From Patescibacteria group bacterium (GTDB taxonomy: Bacteria; Patescibacteriota; Microgenomatia; UBA1400; PJMF01): 59,895 nucleotides of DNA. How positions within the stretch are numbered: position 1 is the first letter of the stretch; every line of letters starts with the position of its first letter. The notes below the pieces were generated by a model. It was not told the origin of the DNA, searched no databases, and saw nothing but the letters and a program-made list of their open reading frames with translations. This document shows, piece after piece, positions 54,161-59,895 of this stretch. Location of the stretch: contig JBBDKV010000028.1 of assembly GCA_040879165.1 (NCBI GenBank), positions 1 to 59,895 of the forward strand, in the 5' to 3' direction. The translations under genes were made by a program, and so were the position numbers.

Positions 54161-55363
54161 ATGAGCCCTATGTCTGTTCATATTACCTGTCCTCACTGCA
54201 AGCAACAATTTGAACCAAGTGAAGCGTTTAAGCATCAACTTGAAGAAACCGTTTTAAAGGAAGCAGCAGCACAGCATAAGGCTGAGCTGGCGCGGTTAGC
54301 CAAAGAAAAAGAGGAACTTGCCGTTGAGCAAGAAAAAAAACTAGCAGTTATTCAAAAAGAAGCGGAGGAAAAGGCTAAGGCCGCAGCCCAAGAGGGTGTC
54401 ACCAAGCAGCTGAAAGATCAGGAGGAGCAAATCTCTCTACTAAAAAAAAGAGCTGACCAGGCAGAAGAACAAGAGTTGAAGATTCGTAAGGAAAAACGAG
54501 AGCTTGAGGAGTCTAAGCGAAAATTTGAGCTAGAAAAACAGCGTCAACTTGATGAGGAGCGTGCCAAAATCCGAGAATTGGTGCTAAAAGAAGCAGAAGA
54601 AAAGCAAGAGCTCAGAAACAAAGAAAAGGACATGGTTATTCAGAACTTGCAAAAATCTCTCGCCGATGCTCAGCGCAAAGCAGCTCAGGGATCACAACAA
54701 AGTCAGGGAGAAGTTTTTGAGTTAGAGCTTGAGGCATTACTCCGTCAAGAATTTCCCATGGATGGTATCACTGAGGTAAAGAAAGGACAGCGTGGCGCGG
54801 ATGTTACCCAAGAAGTAGTAGATAAGAAGGGCAGTCAATGTGGCGTCATTCTTTGGGAACTGAAAAATGCCAAGTGGAGTCAAGCATGGATTCCCACCCT
54901 TAAAGAAAACCAACGCCAAGCAAAAGCGCAAATTGCCGTTTTGGTAACCACAGAAGCACCTGAAGGTCTGGATAGTTTTAGATATCAGGATGGTGTTTGG
55001 GTTGTAACACGCAAAATGGCTGTGTCGTTAGCTATGGCCTTGCGATACGATCTTGTTCGAGTCAATTTTGAAAAAATGGCCAATGTCAATAAATCTCAAA
55101 AAGCTGATCTACTGTATCAATATATTACCAGTACAGAGTTTAAACACCGGGTCGAAGCGATAGTCGAGGCATTTTCCGACATGCGTGAAACAATTGAGAA
55201 AGAAAAAAGATGGTTTACCAACAAGTGGGCAAAGCAAGAAATGCAGATTCGCCGAGTGGTTGATAACACAATAGGTATGCGGGCTGATCTTGAAGGCTTA
55301 ATTGGCAACGCATTGCCACCAGTGGACTACCTTGCGCTACCTGAAGATGAGTCAGATACCTAA
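54161..55363 (+). CDS. DUF2130 family coiled-coil protein with restriction-endonuclease-like C-terminus
   Basis: CPHC, a long coiled coil, QQSQGEVFELELE, KGQRGAD and ILWELKNAK. Confidence 0.85.
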   Translation: MSPMSVHITCPHCKQQFEPSEAFKHQLEETVLKEAAAQHKAELARLAKEKEELAVEQEKKLAVIQKEAEEKAKAAAQEGVTKQLKDQEEQISLLKKRADQAEEQELKIRKEKRELEESKRKFELEKQRQLDEERAKIRELVLKEAEEKQELRNKEKDMVIQNLQKSLADAQRKAAQGSQQSQGEVFELELEALLRQEFPMDGITEVKKGQRGADVTQEVVDKKGSQCGVILWELKNAKWSQAWIPTLKENQRQAKAQIAVLVTTEAPEGLDSFRYQDGVWVVTRKMAVSLAMALRYDLVRVNFEKMANVNKSQKADLLYQYITSTEFKHRVEAIVEAFSDMRETIEKEKRWFTNKWAKQEMQIRRVVDNTIGMRADLEGLIGNALPPVDYLALPEDESDT

Positions 55364-55443
55364 AGCATTGCTACCAAATTCAGAGACCAGCTAAACAAAG
55401 GGGTAAGTTATGCAGTGGGCACGCGATACGAAGACACCTCTAG

Positions 55444-55620
55444 TTACCAACTTGCGGTACACGCAGCAATAGTGATGTCTTGTTGAAAAGCCATTCCAAG
55501 CAGAAATGACACTAGGGGAAAGGTGATAAACAATGCCATTGCCAAATATTTGGAGAGTGGGGTGACTTCATTCCAACGAAATGTTTGTTGGCGTACTTGA
55601 GTCTTTTTAGATTTTTTCAT
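55444..55620 (-). CDS. Small single-TM protein
   Basis: WNEVTPLSKYLAMALFI TM segment; TACACT-6nt-ATG start. Confidence 0.6.
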   Translation of the reverse strand: MKKSKKTQVRQQTFRWNEVTPLSKYLAMALFITFPLVSFLLGMAFQQDITIAACTASW

Positions 55621-55695
55621 ATGCTCAGTGTATACGACAACACAAGCATTTTTCAATACTAAAAATGCAAGAGTAGTGCATTTTTGGTACCTACT

Positions 55696-55944
55696 CTAAC
55701 CCTTGAGTAATAAGCGACTGAGGAATAAGACTAGGAGTGCTCCAGAAACTGCTACCACAAATGACATCACATTAAAGCCGGTCACACCTACGTCGAAGAG
55801 TCGCTCACCTAGATAGCCTCCAACCACGGCGCCGATAATACCGAGCACAATTGAGCCAAGAATGCCGCCTTGAGCACTCGGTGAGATGAAGTTAGCAACA
55901 CTTCCTGTGATTAGTCCAAATAGTATCCAGTAGAGAATTGACAT
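55696..55944 (-). CDS. GlsB/YeaQ/YmgE (transglycosylase-associated) membrane protein
   Basis: WILFGLITG..A, LGIIGAVVGG, FVVAVSGALLVL; SD AAAGGA. Confidence 0.9.
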   Translation of the reverse strand: MSILYWILFGLITGSVANFISPSAQGGILGSIVLGIIGAVVGGYLGERLFDVGVTGFNVMSFVVAVSGALLVLFLSRLLLKG

Positions 55945-55996
55945 ATAGTTCCTTTATTGTTTATTACAGCTACCTGCTTAGCCAGGTGAGTTCTGC

Positions 55997-56395
55997 TTAC
56001 TCAGACTCCAGTTTCTCGCCAGAAAAGATGTGAATGAGCTTGACGATTCCCCAAACTAGTAGTGCGTAGACGATCATTGCAACTACTGTTGACGGCTCAA
56101 AGACCGCAGTTGTTTCAACACCCGCGCTTGTCGCACTGCGAAAAATTCCTTCAAACGGTTGCACAAAGATTCCTGTTAAACCATAAATAAATGTCACAAA
56201 GCCACTTGCCATACTTGCGCCAGTCAATTTTAAAATCAGGCGAAAGGCTAATAGTATTTCTAGTGCTCCTAAAATGAAGTACAGCACGTACTCAGTTCGC
56301 TGTGCTGTGGTAGCTACCTGCTTAGTTTCTCTCGTCACTGCTGCATGCGGACCTTGATTTTGATTTGTCACTGTTTCTTTTGTAATTTCTGCCAC
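55997..56395 (-). CDS. YggT family membrane protein
   Basis: LLAFRLILKL.GA, FVTFIY.LT..FVQPF; GTG start with SD AAGGAAGG. Confidence 0.8.
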   Translation of the reverse strand: MAEITKETVTNQNQGPHAAVTRETKQVATTAQRTEYVLYFILGALEILLAFRLILKLTGASMASGFVTFIYGLTGIFVQPFEGIFRSATSAGVETTAVFEPSTVVAMIVYALLVWGIVKLIHIFSGEKLESE

Positions 56396-56582
56396 TTAGA
56401 ACCTTCCTTATGTTGTCATTATATTTTGACTATATAGCTAATTATCTCGCTTGTATAGCTCCATTTGGTGTTTACAGTAGTATTTTTGGCACCTTTCTGT
56501 TATACTACTGATCTTCGGTTAGAAATTCCCCTTAACTTGGCGAATAATGCGATTCTCTCCGCAGTGTACTAATAGCTAGACT

Positions 56583-56717
56583 TGCAGCAATGCTGGTCTG
56601 CAGAGTTCAGTGTTACACGAATCTGTTGTGAAATTCATACAGATTTAGGCTGAGAAGCAGTAATTTCGCCTGAGCTCCAATATCAGATTTGCCAGAAGGC
56701 AGATCAAAAGGAAAAAA
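56583..56717 (+). promoter_or_regulatory. Structured 5' leader of the DEAD-box helicase gene
   Basis: Hairpins AATCTGT/ACAGATT (56620-56645) and GATTTGCC-AGAA-GGCAGATC (56686-56705) lie immediately before the AAAGGA SD. Confidence 0.5.
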
Positions 56718-57992
56718 ATGTCCTATTCTCATACTGGGCGTAGTGGTTCATCTAGTTCGTCTAGATCATCTCGCTCTCCAAATCAGTCTTTTTCAAAAGG
56801 CAAGCGTACGTTTCGTCCACAGAGTGGATTTAAAAAACAGCGTAGTTTCGGCGGTGGCGGTCGAGGCGGCTTTGGTGGCCCACAGCCAAAATATATTAAT
56901 CCTGCTCGGTATGTGAGTGAGGCAGTGCAGCCGATTCAAGAGGAAGTATTCGTGCCTAAGCACACGTTTGCAGAATTTGGTTTTGAGCAACAACTACTCA
57001 CCAACGTAGAGCAGCATGGTTACTCAACACCAACGCCAATTCAGGATCAGGCTATTCCTGCACTGATGAACGGGCAGGATGTAGTTGGTGTAGCCAACAC
57101 TGGTACTGGAAAGACGGCTGCTTTTTTACTACCTTTGATTAATAAAGTCCTTAAAAATCCAAACCAAGGTGTGCTCATTCTCGCTCCAACGCGTGAACTC
57201 GCCCTCCAAATTGCAGATGAACTGCAGGCATTTATCAAAAATTTGCCACTGGGATTTGTCCTATGTATTGGGGGTATGAGTATGGGAGATCAGACACGAC
57301 GTCTGAAAGATAATCCCCATTTTGTTATCGGCACACCTGGTCGGATTAAGGACTTGGTTGATAGGCGAATTTTTCGCACGGAGCTCTTTACCAACATTGT
57401 GCTCGACGAAGTAGACCGAATGCTTGACATCGGGTTCCGTCAAGATATTCTCTATCTGATCTCACAATTGCCAGCTGAGCGACACGCAGCATTTTTCAGT
57501 GCCACCATTAATCGTGATACTGAAGAGATCATGCGTCGGTTGCTAACTGATCCAGTGACTATCAGTGTTAAGCAGCGGGAAACAGCCACTCATGTTCAAC
57601 AAGATGTTGTGACGGTGCAGCGTGGTCAGAATAAAATAGAAGTGTTGTATCAATTGTTGCAACAAGTGGAATTTGAAAAAGTGATTGTGTTTGGTCGCAC
57701 GAAGCACGGCATTAACAAACTTGAAAAAGCTTTGTACGAACGTGGCGTCAGAGTTACTTCAATTCATGGTAACAAAAATCAAAATGCTCGTCAGCGCTCA
57801 CTCAATGAGTTTAAGCGAGGACGTGTTCAAGCACTTTTGGCCACTGACGTTGCCGCTCGCGGTATAGACATTAACGATGTTACTCATGTTATTAACTACG
57901 ATGAGCCATCAACCTACGAAGATTACATTCACCGCATCGGCCGCACGGGTCGAGCAGGTAAAGTAGGTAAGGCGTTGACGTTTGTGATGTAG
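56718..57992 (+). CDS. DEAD-box RNA helicase
   Basis: Q motif PTPIQ, ANTGTGKT, PTRELA, LDEVD, SAT, ARGID and HRIGRTGRAG. Confidence 0.96.
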   Translation: MSYSHTGRSGSSSSSRSSRSPNQSFSKGKRTFRPQSGFKKQRSFGGGGRGGFGGPQPKYINPARYVSEAVQPIQEEVFVPKHTFAEFGFEQQLLTNVEQHGYSTPTPIQDQAIPALMNGQDVVGVANTGTGKTAAFLLPLINKVLKNPNQGVLILAPTRELALQIADELQAFIKNLPLGFVLCIGGMSMGDQTRRLKDNPHFVIGTPGRIKDLVDRRIFRTELFTNIVLDEVDRMLDIGFRQDILYLISQLPAERHAAFFSATINRDTEEIMRRLLTDPVTISVKQRETATHVQQDVVTVQRGQNKIEVLYQLLQQVEFEKVIVFGRTKHGINKLEKALYERGVRVTSIHGNKNQNARQRSLNEFKRGRVQALLATDVAARGIDINDVTHVINYDEPSTYEDYIHRIGRTGRAGKVGKALTFVM

Positions 57993-58126
57993 CTTACGTG
58001 TTTTTTAGATTGTCTAAAATTAAAATTGAGATTGAGTTGAGTTTGATTTCTCTCTAGTCTATCACTGGTGGATCAGTGCTATGATAGATGATATCAGTGC
58101 TACTGAGCGCAGTCTGCATTCACCAT

Positions 58127-59893
58127 ATGAAAAACATCTTCAAAATTTTCCAGCTGTCTAAGCCGCAGCATAGATTGATAGCCATTGCTGGAGTGCTGAT
58201 TACGCTACAGGCGGTCTTGCAGCAGCTCACGCCCATTACGCTTAAGTTTGTTGTGGATGAATTGTCATTGCAGATTGCAGACGGCAGTGGTGATTATGAT
58301 CAGCTTGTCTTTCTGTTTATCTTGATTTTATTGATCAATATTGCGGTGATTATTTTTAATACCGTCAATCAACGATTGGGTGATCATATTGCCTCACGAC
58401 TCGGAAGATACTTGACTGAGGTCTATTACCGAAAAATTTTTACTTTACCACAGCATTACTTTGATTCAGAGATTTCTGGAAAGATGGTCAATCAACTTAA
58501 TCGTGGCATTATTTCTATTCGTGAATTTGTTGGTTCGGCGACTAATTTTATTCTGCCAGCCGTTCTTCAGGCTGTTTTTGGCATTGCAGTTTTGGCTTGG
58601 TTTGATTGGCGAATTGCGCTCTTGGCTCTGGCAGTTTTTCCGATTTATATCACTATTTCTAGTTATTCCACGCGCAAATGGGGAGAAATTCAGGTCAAAA
58701 AGAATGTCCATGAAGACGCGAGTCGTGGTCGCATTCAGGAGGTAATTAGTAATATAAAATTGGTCAAGACATACAACACACAGCAGCGAGAATGGCAGTA
58801 TGTTTCAAACGAATATTCGCTGCTTAATAAGTTATATGATAAGCAGTCAACGCAATATCATATTCTCAATTTTATTAGAGAATTTGGTTTGGAGATTGCC
58901 TTTGTATTGATTCTGTTTTTGATTTTCCGTAATACCTTTATTGGGACTTTTTCGCTTGGTGAAATGGTGCTCATTATTCAGATTCTCAATCAGCTTCGCA
59001 TGCCATTGTATGGTATGAGTTATATTTTAGAGCAGGTCTATCGGGCAGATTCTGATGCAAAAGAATTTTTCGAAGTCTTGTCACTCAAGGGACAGGAGCA
59101 GCGCAGTGCTAAAAAATTAGCTCCAGTGTTGAAACAACCAGCTATTGCTTTCAAGGACATTACCTTTGCCTATGATAGTACGCCGGTACTGCATGATATT
59201 AACTTGGAATTTGGCGCAAAACAAACCGTAGCATTAGTTGGTCATTCGGGAGCGGGAAAAACCACGCTTATTAATCTAATTCTTAAATTGTATGAACCAA
59301 CTTCAGGACACATCACACTGTCGAAAAAGGATTACGCCAAAGTCGATCATGCTTGGGTAAGAGAACACATCGCCTTGGTGTTTCAGGATAATGAGTTGTT
59401 TTCATCTACTATTCGTGAAAATGTGGCATATGGTGTCGCCACAGCTACAGATGAACACATTTGGAAGGCGCTTAAACAAGCCAATGCTGATGATTTTGTT
59501 AAGAAATTTGAAGGCGGATTGGATGCCAAAATTGGCGAACGCGGCGTGAAGCTATCGGGTGGTCAGAAGCAACGCATTCAGATTGCTCGCGCCATTTTGC
59601 ATGATAAGCCGATTCTGATTCTTGATGAAGCGACGAGTAGTTTGGATTCAAAATCTGAAAGTTTAGTGCAAGCGGCTCTGGACAAACTTTTTAAGAATCG
59701 CCTTGTTATTATCATCGCCCATCGCTTTTCTACAATTCAGGATGTAGATTATGTCGTGGTACTTGATCAGGGGACGGTAACTGATGCAGGTAAGCCCCAG
59801 GAGCTCGCTCGTCGTAAGGGTGTCTATTCTGAGTTGCTACAATACCAAGTTGAAGGCAATAAAAAACTGCTCAGCAAGTACGAACTGTATTAA
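58127..59893 (+). CDS. ABC exporter, fused TMD-NBD (MsbA/multidrug type)
   Basis: Six TM domain, GHSGAGKTT, LSGGQKQR and LDEATSSLD. Confidence 0.94.
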   Translation: MKNIFKIFQLSKPQHRLIAIAGVLITLQAVLQQLTPITLKFVVDELSLQIADGSGDYDQLVFLFILILLINIAVIIFNTVNQRLGDHIASRLGRYLTEVYYRKIFTLPQHYFDSEISGKMVNQLNRGIISIREFVGSATNFILPAVLQAVFGIAVLAWFDWRIALLALAVFPIYITISSYSTRKWGEIQVKKNVHEDASRGRIQEVISNIKLVKTYNTQQREWQYVSNEYSLLNKLYDKQSTQYHILNFIREFGLEIAFVLILFLIFRNTFIGTFSLGEMVLIIQILNQLRMPLYGMSYILEQVYRADSDAKEFFEVLSLKGQEQRSAKKLAPVLKQPAIAFKDITFAYDSTPVLHDINLEFGAKQTVALVGHSGAGKTTLINLILKLYEPTSGHITLSKKDYAKVDHAWVREHIALVFQDNELFSSTIRENVAYGVATATDEHIWKALKQANADDFVKKFEGGLDAKIGERGVKLSGGQKQRIQIARAILHDKPILILDEATSSLDSKSESLVQAALDKLFKNRLVIIIAHRFSTIQDVDYVVVLDQGTVTDAGKPQELARRKGVYSELLQYQVEGNKKLLSKYELY

Positions 59894-59895
59894 CT

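Noticed and set aside
494-58745. Numerous 60-180 aa ORFs in the track that overlap larger genes (e.g. 8582..8986, 9995..10531, 52639..53115, 53164..53580)
   Set aside because: These are antisense or off-frame shadows of well-supported genes, with no motifs or start signals.
1-59895. CRISPR array or cas genes
   Set aside because: No regularly spaced 25-45 nt repeats and no Cas-like ORF. The repeats found occur as pairs kilobases apart.
1-59895. Alternative genetic code (TGA=Gly, as in Gracilibacteria/Absconditabacteria)
   Set aside because: Conserved genes are long and open under code 11. TGA ends gdhA, the GT2, pip-adjacent arsC and others at the expected C-termini. Only one internal TGA (38812) was found.

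Overview
This is a 59.9-kb bacterial chromosomal segment using genetic code 11. It is most consistent with a Patescibacteria/CPR (Microgenomates-like) genome; this is inferred from the short RpoD, the intron-split tRNA-Asn, the many leaderless-type starts and the gene repertoire. Bases 1-13.9 kb are mostly housekeeping: ddl, dnaG, a CsoR/CstR-like repressor with a perfect operator heading trxA-trxB-gdhA, rpoD, and a tRNA-Asn(GUU) split by a 305-nt group I intron between anticodon positions 35 and 36. After the tRNA lies a visibly more AT-rich plastic region (about 13.9-50 kb) of 2-6 kb modules and truncated genes. It holds a 1325-aa protein with an internal SAM-methyltransferase domain, three APH-like kinases, a GH5/GT2/GT-C-GH8 glycan cluster, two Fic genes, an AbiEii-type TA pair, pip, arsC, GNAT and TspO. 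It also holds a NUDIX + guanylate-kinase-like + radical SAM operon and a VOC + SHMT/transaldolase-like + methyltransferase module. Several modules are bounded by degenerate direct repeats: tRNA-Asn 3'-end-like scars, a 51-bp Fic-promoter repeat and a 73-bp ABC-F gene fragment. No integrase, transposase or CRISPR array is visible. Best candidates for an undescribed system are the NUDIX-kinase-radical SAM operon and the repeat-bounded, integrase-less module architecture. All alignments and counts were done by eye; no database searches were run.
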